NCBI GenBank assembly: GCA_010093745.1
Contig: MU005986.1
Location: 62,001-126,000, forward strand
Direction of reading: 5' to 3'
From: Piedraia hortae CBS 480.64
Lineage: Eukaryota
Length of the DNA stretch: 64,000 bases
Position 1 is the stretch's first letter; each line of letters opens with the position of its first letter. Position numbers and translations under genes: made by a program. Below the pieces are notes generated by a model. It was not told the origin of the DNA, made no database searches, and worked only from the letters and a program-made list of their open reading frames with translations. This document shows positions 1-12,849 of the stretch, one piece after another.

Positions 1-175
1 CCGCTTATCATATGTAGGGATGGAGGGCCTTTTCTTATCAGCAGTGTTCTGTTTACCCCGCTCTTGGCTCGTGTAATTGTTCCGCACCGAATGAAATTGG
101 ACGTTGAACGTCTCACCAAGGTCTACCGACTGTCTATTTGCTTTTCATTCAACGGTTCTCGCACGTTTTGCTAAA

Positions 176-1189
176 ATGAACTGTCGACGCTGCCAGGCAG
201 AGTCGGTGTTGATTCTCAGGTCGCAAGCACTGTGTGTAGCTTGCTTCTCACGCTATGTCTCAACGAAGGTGATAAAGCGCATGGAAAGTTTTCGCGTGCG
301 CAATGCCGATCCTCTGCATAATCGCAAATTAATGCTCGCCCTGTCATTCGGACCGGGATCTACGGCGTTGTTGCACTTACTCAGCCAGCACCTCAAAGGT
401 CAGTTTGCTAAGACGGGCAGGACGGGCTACAAACTTCATGTGCTCCATGTACGCATGTCTGGAGATGATGAAGGTACAGAGAGTCTTGAACGGGTCAAGA
501 CTCGCTACCCCGATCACGAATATTGTACTGCATCATTAGCTGAGGCGCTGGACTGCGACGGTATCCGCAGCATATTGCCCGAAATTCCACAGTCTGAAGA
601 TCACGACAACTTGATGACCATTTTGCGCCGTCTCGGTTCTACAACGGCGCAAGCCGACGTCATGCAGCTACTCCTGTGTAGGCTTGTGGCGGCAACAGCA
701 TCACGAACAGGATGCGAAGGAATCCTCTGGGGCAACAGCACAACTCGTCTGGCAGAGAGAACACTAGCTAATGCGGCCAATGGCCGAGGAGCGTCCTTGC
801 CGTTTGTTACTGCTGACGGCATGTCTCTCTACAAGGTGCCTTTCTTCAATCCCATGCGTGACCTCTTATCAAAGGAGATTGCATCATTCATAAGCATCGT
901 TGAGCCTTCACTAGACGAACTTGTCGTCCAGCACGAGCAGAAACCGATGACGAGCACAAAGTACACGACCATTGACGACCTCATGAGGCAGTACTTTGAA
1001 CATGTCGAGCAGAATTATCCGTCCATCGTAGCGAACGTTGTCAGAACAAGCGATAAGCTTCAGGCCCCGTCCCTAACAGATGTAGAGACGCAGTGCGAGC
1101 TTTGCTGCACTCCGCTGGGCGCAAACTCCCCGGAAAAAAGCAGACTGTGCCACGCTTGTATCGTTGCCTTGTCCGTTCCTGACCCGTAG
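176..1189 (+). CDS. NCS2: Cytoplasmic tRNA 2-thiolation protein 2
   Basis: N-terminal CxxC...CxxC, ALSFGPGSTALL PP-loop-like motif, 'GILWGNSTTRLAERTLAN..GRG', 'YPSIVANVVRTS', C-terminal CELC...LCHAC. First ATG at 176. Confidence 0.9.
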   Translation: MNCRRCQAESVLILRSQALCVACFSRYVSTKVIKRMESFRVRNADPLHNRKLMLALSFGPGSTALLHLLSQHLKGQFAKTGRTGYKLHVLHVRMSGDDEGTESLERVKTRYPDHEYCTASLAEALDCDGIRSILPEIPQSEDHDNLMTILRRLGSTTAQADVMQLLLCRLVAATASRTGCEGILWGNSTTRLAERTLANAANGRGASLPFVTADGMSLYKVPFFNPMRDLLSKEIASFISIVEPSLDELVVQHEQKPMTSTKYTTIDDLMRQYFEHVEQNYPSIVANVVRTSDKLQAPSLTDVETQCELCCTPLGANSPEKSRLCHACIVALSVPDP

Positions 1190-1256
1190 GGATCACTAAA
1201 GGAAAGGAATATGGAAATCAACACTAGAGGACAACGATCGACTATGCTATAAACGT

Positions 1257-2756
1257 TTAGACCATCATCATTGTATCGTCACCGTCATCTTTGTTCGCAC
1301 CAACCAAAGCGGCTTTGTCCCGGCCTTCAATCAGCTCACGACGCACCTCGGGACCGACCTTGTAGTGGCCTAACTGCAGCAGCAGATCTAAGAGAGCTTC
1401 CCGCTGATCCTCGCTGATGACATACTTGTATCTCTGCGCAAACGCAAGGAGGCTACGATGCCACAGTACGGGGAGCTTCATGGAGGTCTGGTTGTCTGCT
1501 CCAGCCATGGACACATTATCTGAATCGAGCAGACGGAAGCGCAAGAAATACGCAACCAACTCGTCGATGACAGTAGTTGGCAGTGCGTACTTTTTCTCCA
1601 ACAGAATGCGGATGAGCGTGTTGCACGCGCCGGCAGACTCGACGCTCTGCCTCATCTGCTCTTCGGAGAGTTTGCATAGTTTATAGAGAGCCATGGCCGA
1701 TTTCATGACCGGAATGCTCACACGAGAGATGACGGAGCCTACAATTGTGGCCTCCCGCAAAGTGCAGGTTCCTGACGCTACGAGGGGAAGAACAAGACCA
1801 TCAAAGAAGGCGGCTGGCTTGTACAGCGCTTTCTTGAGGGCCTTGTAGAGGTGTGGGTTTAGTTTCTTCGTCTCCGCAATGTCCCCTCTCACCCGTGGAA
1901 GGAGGACAGTGGACATGAATGCACGGGCTATGGCAGGCTCAGAAGAGACGAAAATCTTGGTCGCCTCATACACGGCATTGGGCGACCAGCGGTCGGGCTG
2001 TGTCATCTCAAGCAGAATGTCCCACCGCGGCAGAGTGTGAATTATCTTGAACGGCTTCGGCAGTTTCCCGCTCTTGTATCGTGACAGATGCAGCCCGACT
2101 TGGGTGTAGACTTCGATGACTCTGGGCGGGAATTCAATCGCCTCCTCGCCATCGTTGCCCCTCTGACCGCCTTCACCGGGACCTTGGCTCTGCTGTGGCT
2201 GCGCTTCGTGTGCCGCAATCTTCTCCAGTATCAGGTCTGCAAGGTTTATGCCACCTTGAGCCTCTGCTGCATCTGCTGCATCGTCTTGACCAAGCAAGGA
2301 TCGAGGCGGGGCATGCTTTGCAGGATTGAAATTGTTAAACATTTCCAAATCGTTTGGGTCAATTTCTTCAGCTTCATCCTCTACATCTCCCCAGGACCCT
2401 TCGTCATCGATGTCTTCGAGACCCACGCCGTCCTCAACCTTGTCTTCTTCGTCATCATCGCTGCGATTGCTCTGGTCTGGGAACCTGCTCTCGAACGTAA
2501 ACAGAGAGGCTGGATGTTTTGGCTGCTGAACCATGCGAGGTGCTTCATCTTCTGCAACAAGCTCCTGTCCCAAATCCAGAATCCTTCGCGAAGCCTTACT
2601 GCCTACATAGCCGTCATTCTTATCCTCTACATCCACCGACTTCCTCTTCTTGCCGGCTTTTTGCTTGAAGGGCTCTGTGGGGGAATATACCTCGGCAAGG
2701 GGCTTATGCTGGCCATTTTGCGCAGCGGATGATCTTGAGCGCGGTGCTTTAGACAT
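1257..2756 (-). CDS. ENP1: Bystin / essential nuclear protein 1 (40S biogenesis)
   Basis: 'LSRYKSGKLPKPFKII', 'ALKKALYKPAAFF', 'LLEKKYALP', 'LPVLWH..LL.FAQRYK' bystin motifs. Likely ATG at 2756. Confidence 0.95.
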   Translation of the reverse strand: MSKAPRSRSSAAQNGQHKPLAEVYSPTEPFKQKAGKKRKSVDVEDKNDGYVGSKASRRILDLGQELVAEDEAPRMVQQPKHPASLFTFESRFPDQSNRSDDDEEDKVEDGVGLEDIDDEGSWGDVEDEAEEIDPNDLEMFNNFNPAKHAPPRSLLGQDDAADAAEAQGGINLADLILEKIAAHEAQPQQSQGPGEGGQRGNDGEEAIEFPPRVIEVYTQVGLHLSRYKSGKLPKPFKIIHTLPRWDILLEMTQPDRWSPNAVYEATKIFVSSEPAIARAFMSTVLLPRVRGDIAETKKLNPHLYKALKKALYKPAAFFDGLVLPLVASGTCTLREATIVGSVISRVSIPVMKSAMALYKLCKLSEEQMRQSVESAGACNTLIRILLEKKYALPTTVIDELVAYFLRFRLLDSDNVSMAGADNQTSMKLPVLWHRSLLAFAQRYKYVISEDQREALLDLLLQLGHYKVGPEVRRELIEGRDKAALVGANKDDGDDTMMMV

Positions 2757-2908
2757 TGCAATGCAGAAAGTTGTTGGATTTGTGTCGTGTGCGAGGCCAA
2801 GAGTGCGCCGGATCAACTTCGGATCTCCCGTTACCCCGGATCAACCTCGGATCAGCAGTGGATGTCACAAGCATCACAAGACCGCAGTCGCGGATTCCAC
2901 CAGTTGCC

Positions 2909-4603
2909 ATGGACGACTCGACTCCTACTTCCCCAGGCCATCCTGGTCCCGAATCAGACAAGGCGACCATGGCCAGACAATCTTCGGCGCCACGTGGCCG
3001 GTCAAAGACGCCGACGCCAACTCCCGCTCCCCGCGAACGACGCGAAAAGAGAGAAACGTTGAAGAAGCGCGAGAATGCATCCGGCAGCAAGGCGACGTCT
3101 ACGACGCTGGGCAAGCGTAAGGCGCAGGCTGATGAGGGTCCGTTGGTGCCGCAGAGGTTTAATGTGCCTCCACCGCGATCAGCGGATTTTGATCCTCCCA
3201 AGAACGAATCGATGGAGCCCGTGTCTATCCAGGTGCCGGATGGGGTGCAGCAGATTTGCAAGCCCATGGATCTGGCTGAAAACAAAAAGGGATATCGCTA
3301 CCTTCGGGCAATTGCCGACCCCCGGTTCCCTTATAAGCAGTATTATCGTGGTACTTCCCCTCCACCTCATTACAGCCGGCTGAGCTACGAGGATTCTGAC
3401 CGCGCCGTCTGCTTTACCCGTGATGCTCTGACCACAACAAATGACAAGGGGTGGCGCTCAGTGCGGGCCAATGTGTGTGTGCGTGAGGGGACGATGTACT
3501 ACGAAGTCAAAGTTCATAGAGGCATTCCCATTACCGGTCCCGTTGACGACATAAGCACCAGATCGCAGCCACACGTCCGCCTCGGCTGGGCCCGCAGGGA
3601 GGCACCTCTGGATGCTCCGGTGGCATTTGATGGCTACAGCTACGGTGTCAAAGACGTACGCTTTGAAACAATCCATCGAAGTCGTCCTGGCCAGATTTTC
3701 CACCCTACAGGCAAGACAAAACAAGCCAAAAACACCCCAAACGCCATTGTAGAACTCTCTCCCGAAGACCAGCACATCAAGGAAGGCGACATAATCGGCC
3801 TGGAAATCCAACTTCCCTCCCTGACCCTCCACCAGAAAATCGTCAGCGGCGTGTATAACCCCGCTGTAGACATATCCGATGGCTTCGACGCACCGCGATA
3901 CCCTCTCGAATCAGGCGCTGAGGCCATGGACGTGGTTCGAGACCGTATTCCCGTGCAGTACAAGGGCAACGGCTATTTCGAAATCCTCGACTATGTGCCT
4001 TCCAAACCCGTCGAGGTTTACGCCTCACGGCTAACCCAAGCCTCTCCCACCCCTAATCCCGCTCAGGGGGCTGCGAGCAGGGAGCTTGCGAAATCTTTAC
4101 CTAATCCTAATCACGAAACCCCCGCCCTGCGAACCCTCCCGCATAGCGCGATAAGGGTCTACAAAAACGGCCGTCTGATTGGTACCGCGTTTGAGAATCT
4201 GCTGGCGTTCTTGCCGCCCGCTTCGCTGCCGTCGAAGACGGTGGGCGCCCGCGAGGGTCTGGATGACGGTATGGTCGGCTACTTCCCCGCCATTTCGACC
4301 TTTTTCGGTGGGATCGTGGAAATGAATTTCGGGGATGGACCGGACGGGTTCTGGTGTCCTCCTGAGCATATTGTCAGCGCGGCTCAGCGTTTGCCCCCCG
4401 CGGATAAAGTGGAGTGGAATCCCGGACGACAGCCACGGGCGGTTGGAGAGAGATTCAAGGAGCAGATTGCAGAGGATATCGTGTGGGATATTGTGGACGA
4501 AGTGACGTTTTTCACGGAGGATGGAGGGTATGGTGGTGAAGTTGGATCTGGTGCGTTGGCGAGTAATGGGCAGAAGAAGAAGAAGGTGAAGGACGAAGAT
4601 TAA
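2909..4603 (+). CDS. ASH2: COMPASS/Set1C subunit Ash2/Bre2 (SPRY domain)
   Basis: 'KGWRSVRANVCVREGTMYYEVK', 'HVRLGWARREAPLDAPVAFDGYSYG', 'GYFPAIS.F.GG', C-terminal 'ERFKEQIAEDIVWDIVDEV' Sdc1/Dpy30-binding-like helix. Confidence 0.92.
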   Translation: MDDSTPTSPGHPGPESDKATMARQSSAPRGRSKTPTPTPAPRERREKRETLKKRENASGSKATSTTLGKRKAQADEGPLVPQRFNVPPPRSADFDPPKNESMEPVSIQVPDGVQQICKPMDLAENKKGYRYLRAIADPRFPYKQYYRGTSPPPHYSRLSYEDSDRAVCFTRDALTTTNDKGWRSVRANVCVREGTMYYEVKVHRGIPITGPVDDISTRSQPHVRLGWARREAPLDAPVAFDGYSYGVKDVRFETIHRSRPGQIFHPTGKTKQAKNTPNAIVELSPEDQHIKEGDIIGLEIQLPSLTLHQKIVSGVYNPAVDISDGFDAPRYPLESGAEAMDVVRDRIPVQYKGNGYFEILDYVPSKPVEVYASRLTQASPTPNPAQGAASRELAKSLPNPNHETPALRTLPHSAIRVYKNGRLIGTAFENLLAFLPPASLPSKTVGAREGLDDGMVGYFPAISTFFGGIVEMNFGDGPDGFWCPPEHIVSAAQRLPPADKVEWNPGRQPRAVGERFKEQIAEDIVWDIVDEVTFFTEDGGYGGEVGSGALASNGQKKKKVKDED

Positions 4604-4683
4604 TGGTACAGGCTAGCTACAATAATGACAGTGTTAATACAAGTTACGGTGGTCGCAGAGGCCCGGCCCATGATCAGCTTTTC

Positions 4684-6486
4684 TTATGATTGTTCAATGT
4701 ATGTCCCGTGCAGTTGGTAGAGCCTGCGAAACCCCAGAGAGTTGTTCCTTGCCGGGTCGTCGAGATCCGTCGGTATCCCATATTCTGCCAAAAAGCACTC
4801 AAAGGCAAGATTTTTGGCATTATCTATATTCCTCTCCATCTTCGCCTCCTCCAGGTTGCCCCAGAGGATGTTAAGCTTGTCCCGTAGCTGGGCAAGTGCT
4901 TTGGGGTGTTTTTTCAAATCGCAGAGCCATATTTCTGGGCCTAGCAGCTTCTGAGCCTCTGTGCCCGTCACGTAAACGGTCATCCGATTGTGTGTATCGG
5001 TAATAGGCCTGCCACGCGGCCCGCTGGCGTCCTCTAGCGTCAACGAGAAGAACCACTCATGCTCGTATTCATCGTTGATTGCCGGTTTGCAAAAATCAGC
5101 CAGGTCAGGTGGCCAGAAATCAACAACGCGCACCTTGGCTCGGAAATTGGCATTGACAAACGGCACAACCATGCCATCTGACGTTGTATGTCGTTTGCCG
5201 TTGGGGTCTAGATCAAATTAGCTTTGTAGCTAGTTTTAGGAGTGAAAAACTTTACCGACAATGGTTTTTATGGAGGATACGGCAGTGTCCTGATGGTCAC
5301 ACTTAATGCGCTTGTTGAAGTAACTTGTTGTTTCCACATGATTCTCAGGGGCTGGCACCCCGGCCATGTTATTACGCTTTGCCTTTAATCTTTTCTTCTG
5401 GCCTTTGGTCAGCTTTGGCTCAAGAGAAGCCCTGTGTTCGGCTCTCCGTTCAATGAGGTTTCGGTATTCGTCACTATTCCTGTTTTTCAGGTCAACCGTG
5501 CTTATTCGATCGTCGCCCAAATCATCCCCCCGGATATGGCCAATAAGTATGCCCTTGTCTACTTCCATCAAAACCCTTTTAAGCATGACGATTTCGCCCA
5601 CTTCGACGCCCTCACGAACCAACTCCGCGTAAGGCGGCTTGACCTCCACTTTGAGAACAGTTTGCCCATACGGTCCATTGCTCCAGGGAGCCTTGGGAGT
5701 GTTGTAAGCGAAAGCATCACCTTCCCTGCCGTCTTTACTTTCCCCATTCGGGCCAGGGTAATCGCGTAACTGTTTGTTCTTAGTGTAGTCTGTAACGTAG
5801 AGGTTGCAGTGCTGGTCCGAGACAATTTCCTTGAACACGACATCAACGCACATATTGGGACGTGCCTTGGGCCAAACAAATTCGATGGTTGTAAGCTTTC
5901 CACTCGAATTGAGCACATCGACAGAGTGTGTTGTCTTGGGAGTTGGCCTGGGGGTTTCCTTGGGCTGCACTGGGCTCGAGTAACTCGGTGCTTCGCCTAG
6001 ATGGTTGATGTCTGCGTTGAGGCGAAGGACATAAGCTTCTTCTTCGAGGGTCGGTCCCTCTTCGTCATTTATCCCATAGCGATGAGGGTTCAATTTCGGT
6101 CGACCGCGTTTTTTCTCCTCGCCACTTGCATAGGGCATTTCAGAAGACTTGAAGACCAATGTAGCAGTTCTTCGTTTGTCAGAGGACATCAAAGGATTGC
6201 CAAGATGCTCCCATCTTCTCACATTTCGCAACAAAATCACATCATTCTTGTCTACATCAGGGATATCGTCTCTGTTTTCGAAAAACCAACGCACTTTGAG
6301 AGCATTATCGTAATGCTCGTTGGCCTCCATTGGCCGATCGAACAAGCCTACCGTCATCATCCATTCTCGAGATGCTGTCTTTGCCGGCTCTAACCGGTCG
6401 ACCACCATCCCAATGATGTTGACATACATTCCTTTGCCAGCAGCCTTTGCTTGATCAAGACCTGTAAAACCTGCGGGTAAGGCCAT
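4684..6486 (-). CDS. POT1: Protection of telomeres protein 1 (OB folds); 2 exons, intron 5208-5255
   Basis: 'VNIIGMVVD', 'LYVTDYTKN', 'GPYGQTVLKV', C-terminal 'FVNANFRAKVRVVDFWPPDLADF...WFFSLTLEDAS...LFILWGNLEE'-type motifs. A 48-nt GT..AG intron joins the two ORFs in frame. Confidence 0.85.
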
Positions 6487-6546
6487 TGCTACGGGCCACA
6501 ATGTACACGAAGCGGACTAACTTCCAGTATTTGCTTCGCCATACAT

Positions 6547-6563
6547 ACGCGTCGAAAACGCGT
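6547..6563. promoter_or_regulatory. Two MCB (ACGCGT) boxes in the POT1/importin-alpha divergent promoter
   Basis: ACGCGT at 6547-6552 and 6558-6563, about 60-80 bp upstream of the POT1 ATG. Confidence 0.5.
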
Positions 6564-6772
6564 AGTCACATGACTGTATATTCACGTAACGGTGACGGAC
6601 TAGGGTTAGCGCCGCGGACGCACCGGGTTAGCGCTGTGGAGTTGAGCACAGGCCCTCGCCGCTGTGTGCCAAGACCCCTCACGCGCTCTTACTCCTTTGA
6701 ACCCCACCTTGATCTCACACCCCTTCCACTTCTCCCACAATCTGTTCGGTCTCGATTGTGTCTGCCGGCAAT

Positions 6773-8484
6773 ATGGCAGAACGGTACATTCCCGAGCATC
6801 GGCGCACAAACTTCAAGGCAAAGAGTACCTTCAAGCCCGAGGAGCTGCGCCGCCGCCGCGAGGAGCAGCAGGTAGAGATCCGGAAGCAGAAACGTGAAGA
6901 GAACCTTGCCAAACGACGCGGTCTGGGAGCGCGCGGCGATGGAGCGCCGGGAGCGTCTCTCGGGGCTGCACCTGACAGTGACGATGAAGGCACCAACACG
7001 GAGAGTCAGGTCTGGCAGCTCTCTTCCACAATGTTTCATCCGGCTGACGTGCTCCATAGCTGAACGAAGAATTACCTCTGATGGTACAGGGCGTGTTTTC
7101 GGACAAGTTCGATGATCAGATTGCCGCCACCACCAAGTTCCGCAAGCTGCTCTCCAAGGAACGCAACCCGCCTATTGAGCGTGTCATTGAGACGGGTGTT
7201 GTCAGCCGCTTTGTCGAGTTCTTGCGCTCGCCCCACACTCTCGTGCAGTTCGAAGCCGCCTGGGCCCTCACCAACATCGCCTCAGGCTCCGCCCAGCAGA
7301 CGCAGGTGGTTATCCAGGCCGGCGCCGTGCCCATCTTCGTCGAGCTGCTCAATAGCCCGGAGCCCGACGTCAGAGAGCAGGCGGTATGGGCTTTGGGCAA
7401 CATTGCCGGCGACAGCCCGACCTGCCGAGACTTTGTCCTGTCGTGCGACGCCCTTCCGTCGTTGCTGCGTCTTTTGGGTGACTCTCGAAAGCTGTCCATG
7501 CTCAGGAACGCCACGTGGACGCTGAGCAATTTCTGCCGTGGTAAAACGCCTCAGCCGGCGTGGGAGAAGATTGCGCCGGCCCTTCCCGTGCTGGCCAAGC
7601 TCGTTTACTCGCTTGACGATGAGGTGCTGATTGACGCCTGCTGGGCCATTTCGTACTTGTCTGATGGCTCCAATGACAAGATTCAGGCTGTTATTGACGC
7701 CAACATCCCACGTCGTTTGGTTGAGCTGCTGATGCATGCTTCAACTTCGGTGCAGACGCCCGCTCTTCGCTCCGTTGGAAACATTGTCACGGGTGACGAT
7801 GTCCAGACTCAGCTGATCATTAATTGTGGCGCTCTGCCCGCTCTCCTCTCGCTGCTAAGCTCGGCCAAGGACGGTATCCGCAAAGAGGCTTGCTGGACTA
7901 TTTCCAACATCACGGCTGGCAACAGCTCCCAGATTCAGGCTGTCATTGACGCCAACATCATCCCTCCGCTCATCCATCTTCTTGGCAATGGGGACTTCAA
8001 GACGCGCAAGGAGGCCTGCTGGGCCATTTCCAATGCCACCTCTGGTGGTCTTCAGAAGCCTGAGCAGATTCGTTTCCTCGTTGAGCAGGGTGCCATCCGC
8101 CCACTCTGCGATTTGCTGGTTTGTCCCGACAACAAGATCATCCAGGTCGCCTTAGACGGGCTCGAGAACATTCTCAAGGTGGGTGAGATGGACAAGGCGG
8201 CAAGCGAAGGTAGCAATGAAGCTCCGGTCAACCGCTACGCCCTTTTCATTGAAGACGTCGGCGGAATGGAGAAGATTCACGACTGTCAAAACAACAGCAA
8301 CGAGGAGATTTACATGAAGGCCTACAACATCATCGAGAAGTTCTACTCGGACGAACCCGATGACACCGAGGTCAGCGCTCACGCTCCTCAAGGCCGAGAT
8401 GGTCGGTTCGGCTTCGGCCCTCAGCAGTCGCCTCAGCAGCAGCAGTTTGATTTTGGCAACGGCGATGACAGTATGGACATGTAA
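6773..8484 (+). CDS. SRP1: Importin alpha (karyopherin alpha); intron 7010-7059
   Basis: IBB domain '[26 protein letters not shown]' followed by ARM repeats ('[14 protein letters not shown]', '[14 protein letters not shown]', '[13 protein letters not shown]'). Confidence 0.98.
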
Positions 8485-9229
8485 GACAGCAATAACGAGC
8501 AAAGATGCAAGCAAGGCTCGGCCAAAGATTACGAGAAAAATAACTAGGCGTTGCGACGTGCATACGATCAAAAGAGGCATGCCAACGCCAATTTCCCTGC
8601 CCATCCAGCATAATCCCCAATGCACACACAGCCCACGGAACCGCCACCCCATCCTTTTCACACCAACACATTTAGCCCCAGTGGACCCCTTTGACGACGA
8701 TATCGGCCAGCGATCCAGAACTTCTGATGAAACGGGTAGCCCTTGCCAAGCATCGTCACATCCATTTGCGGTGCAGCGGAGACAAAGCAGGGTGGCCTTG
8801 TAAGGCTTACGATGGCTGGATGTTGGAATTCACTGATACCCCCGGTTGATAGACTGCTCCATACCGTTATGCACATGATTCCCCAATGTAGTGCTTTTCC
8901 ATCTCATTCATGCAGTCTTCTGTACAGGAAACTCTGATGCCACTTACAATTTCTCGGATAATCAGTAGCTTTCATTTGATGTTTGAGGGCACCGTAAGGA
9001 CGATAAAGTGATTCAATTTCACTGTGTTGTTAGTTTTCGAGGTTGTTCATCTCAAGACGCTTTCCGTGATAAAAGCTCTTTCTCGTGAGCACCCATGATC
9101 TCATGATTCATGACTCATTATGGCGGAACGGGCCGGGCACAATTTTCCGATTGTGGGTCGGTTTGGCAATGACGACGCGCTATTTCCGCCCGAACAAAAT
9201 CTCTTGCAATCCGACTAACATCGTCTACC

Positions 9230-11378
9230 ATGTCAAGCGTTACAGGTGCATCAGTCCGCGTAACCTTGAAGAATCCTCCCAAGTCTACAGTTACTGGAAA
9301 GGTGGTGCAAGTGAATCCTGGCAAGGCTCTGGTTCTCGAAGATGGTATGTAATTGATACACACAGCAGGGACCCTGCTAACAGACGGCAGCCTACTTCAC
9401 GTCGACCGGAAGGTGCTTTCCGACTTTTACATTGCAAGCCTCAGCCATCGCAGATCTGAGTGTTGTGCCGGCTGACAGCGAGTCTGCCACAACGCCGGCC
9501 TTGGATACGCCAGCGCCTGTGATGAACCAGCATCCTGCTCCGCAGCCGCCCATCGATCCGGCCATTGTGAGCTTCAGCAAACCGTCTGCTCCTGCCACAC
9601 TCCCGGCCCCCTTTACCGCCACTTCTGTATTGCCCTTTAGGCCTGCCCCTGCCAACCCGGTTTCAACTCCATCTGCACCTGTTCAGGCGTCAACTTCGGT
9701 GGTTACAGAGGCCCCTGTTTCTACCTCCGTGCCTGCCACGCAGACTGGGACAGCACACCGCACGGGGCGAGGTCAGAAGAAGGCAAAGGCAGCAGAAGAA
9801 GCGAATGGCGCGCCATCCGCGCATCCGGCGGTTATGAACACGGAGGTCTCAAGAAATGGCAACGACATGAACAGCGCTCTGCGCAAAGGCCAGGGCTGGA
9901 GACAGACTCCGCTGCTGCAACCGACACCGCAGACGAGAAGTGCCACAGGAAGAGGCGGAAGGCAAACGAGGAGACAACGAGAGCTTCATGGCAGCGGCTG
10001 GGCCACCGAGGACGCCACGGATGTGCAGGACATGGGCGAGTTTGACATGGAGGCCAGCAACCGGCGATTTGACAAGAAGGGCGTGTTTGACCAGATCAGA
10101 CGTGATGATACCACCACAGCCGACGAGCGGCTGATTGGGTACAATCGCGCAGCTCGTCCAGGTACATATGGCGGCAAGAACTTGCACCCCACAGAGAACG
10201 TGCTGGGCCCGTCAAGGGTTGTTAGCAGCGAAGCCGATACGGAAAGCGAAGCAAATGCGGGAGAAGCAATCGGTGCGATGAATGGTCGTTGTAGTTCACG
10301 GCAATCCGCAGTTCAGTCAGCTACGGGGAGACATCACGATGGCAAGCCTTTTCCGTCGGCGGCTTCACTTGCCGTTGATCGCAGTGGCCCTCTCGGCATC
10401 TCACGGCGGTCTTTAGCATCGCTTGCCGGCGCTGCAGCTTTGGAACGAACCGAATCACCGCATTCGGTGGCCTCAGCTGCGCGGCTACCCTCAGCTGTAG
10501 ATCCGCATCTATACGTGGTGTGCAATGGGAGTCGATGCCCAACGTTGCACCCTGGTGCCCTTGAGACGCTGGAAAGCGAGACAGTATCCCGCTATGGGCT
10601 CAGTCGCGATGCCATTGTTGAGAGCGCGGCGCGGTGCATAGCGAAGTCGACCTTTCATCTCTTTGACGTGACTTCTCCCAGACATGCGCTAACTCATGAG
10701 GCGGCCCGAGCAAATCAAGTCGTTGTTGTCTTGGCGGGCAAACAGGCCGTCAACGCAGCAGGAGCCAAAGCTGTGGCTGCCGCTCGCCATCTCGCCACTC
10801 GTGGATGCAAGGTTTTGGTGGCAGAGGCTGTCTATGAATCACAGGAGCTTCGCGGCGATGAGATGCAAAAGCAAATGGCAATTCTTAGGAAGATGCAGCA
10901 AAGCACCGGCCCCGACATAGTCAAAAGAGGCGGATGGTCGAGAGTTCTCGAACGCATCAAGAGGCTCCCGGCGCCGCCTGTTGCCATCATCGATGCGCTC
11001 TTGGGCGGATCATACACTTATGAATCGCTACAGGACTCATGCGAGGGTCAGCACGGGGCCCAGCTGCTACGCGAAGTGCGAGAGATGATTGACTGGGCAA
11101 ACCGCAGCCGCGCACCCGTGCTCTCTGTCGGGTGTCCGTCAGGCGTTTTGGGCATTGACGGATCGGCAACTCTGATTGAAGGCGGAGAGCCGCTGTCCGT
11201 GCGGCCGGATAAAGTGCTCAGCCTAGGCGTGCCCATGACGGGCATTTTACCAGCCATGAGCTCCGAAAAGTGGCAGCACCTCGTGGCCGATGTCGGCTTG
11301 AACATTGCCCTCAAACGGGAAGAAGCGGTGGCCTTTGACGGCCGATGGGTCACAGAAGTAAAGTATAGCGATGCATAG
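9230..11378 (+). CDS. EDC3: Enhancer of mRNA decapping protein 3 (Lsm-FDF-YjeF_N); intron 9345-9390
   Basis: Exon 1 encodes an Lsm-like 'MSSVTGASVRVTLKNPP..VTGKV'. Also 'GWRQTPLL', 'GWATEDATDVQDMGEFD....RFDKKGVF', and a YjeF_N region 'IIDALLG...WANRSRAPVLS..CPSG'. Confidence 0.9.
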
Positions 11379-12642
11379 TCAAACAGTCTTGGTGTCTACT
11401 GTAGTTCTTCGAAGATGCTGAAGATATTAACGTCCTTATCGCATCCATGTCCCCTTTTCAACATTATGTCTACAGGTACTGAAGGCCCGTTAGACTGAAG
11501 ACGTATTAAAGGATTGTTTAATCTGGCAATTCTGTCCACACTCGCTTTCGTCGTGAATACTGAACGGCGAGCTCTAGCTTTTTCATTGCCTTCTTCCTGT
11601 ATACTGACGTCCTGTCCTCCCAAGAGAGACAGCATATCAGAATGGGGAGACTAGTGTTATTTTCATAATGGGAAAGCATCAGCTCGTTCTCGTATCTCTG
11701 AACAATGGGATAAGGAACAGGGCATACCTCGTCCTCGTGTTTCTTCACGACGGCATGAGCAATACCTTTGTCCACGCCTTTCTAGAAAGAGGATAGGACG
11801 AGAGATGACTCCTCGCGTTGTTGGTGGGAGGATGGGACGGAGCGGTGTTTGTGAGAGGAAACAGAGAAGTGAAGTGGGAAGATTCCGCATGCAATTTTTT
11901 GCATTGACCGCGGATGCAATCGTTGCGTGCGGAATTGCTTCCGCATGCAATTATGGCATTGATCTCGGATGCCCGAGACACAACATGGTAACCAACTGCG
12001 TGGACAAACATCGCATATGATACATACTACCACAACAGTAGAAAGCACAAGAACAAACAGTTTTCCAGCGCATCACTCTCGTCGCAAAACTACACTAAAC
12101 CGTCTGAGCTCTGGTTTATTTACATGTAAACAAAGCCGTTGCCAGGGCGATACACTTTTTTATAAGTTTTACGTCTAAAAATAATCCCTAAAAAGAGCGA
12201 AAGACGGAGGGCGATACACATCATTTTACAAGTCGGACTGCTGTGGAGGGTGCACATTCCTTAGCATCGTTAAAGCTGAGCCAATCAGTATTGAGAGTTT
12301 ATCCTACACCCTCCTGACTACACACACCCCTTCATCGAGCGAAGTCGCGCCCGAAAGTTCAAGGGTCCCTGGTTCGCGTATGTTCTGCGGCGTGCTGCTG
12401 GAAGGATGATTGCTGCGTATGGTCTTTCTGATACAGTCAAACCTGGATATAGTGGACACTGGGTACGGCGGTTTCCTCTTGATAGTAGATTTTCAACTCT
12501 TCCCTCCAATATCGTCTCCACTCGCCTGTAGGTGCGTGGATACGGCGGGATTTTAATATAGGGGCGGAATTTTCGCACCGGATTGATCCGCTATAACCAG
12601 GTTCGATTGTAAAGTTTTTGAAGACGGAGAAGCAGCGTGGTA

Positions 12643-12747
12643 TGTCACGGCTAATGCCGACAGGGTTCGTGCTCTCTGTAGTAGTTAGGTAGCGCGCCTG
12701 GAACCATCTCCTCGCGCTACAACATAGTACCAACGCGTACCTTGACA
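12643..12747 (+). repeat. 5' LTR (105 bp)
   Basis: tgtcacggctaatgccg...caacgcgtaccttgaca; homologous to 18318-18411. Confidence 0.92.
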
Positions 12748-12849
12748 GTTTGACGCGCCTAAAACCACACACATTTTTTAAATAGGTTTGGGTGAGGTTC
12801 CAGAACCTTAAACAAAGCGAACGAAACGGCACCGCGCGGCCGAGTATCT

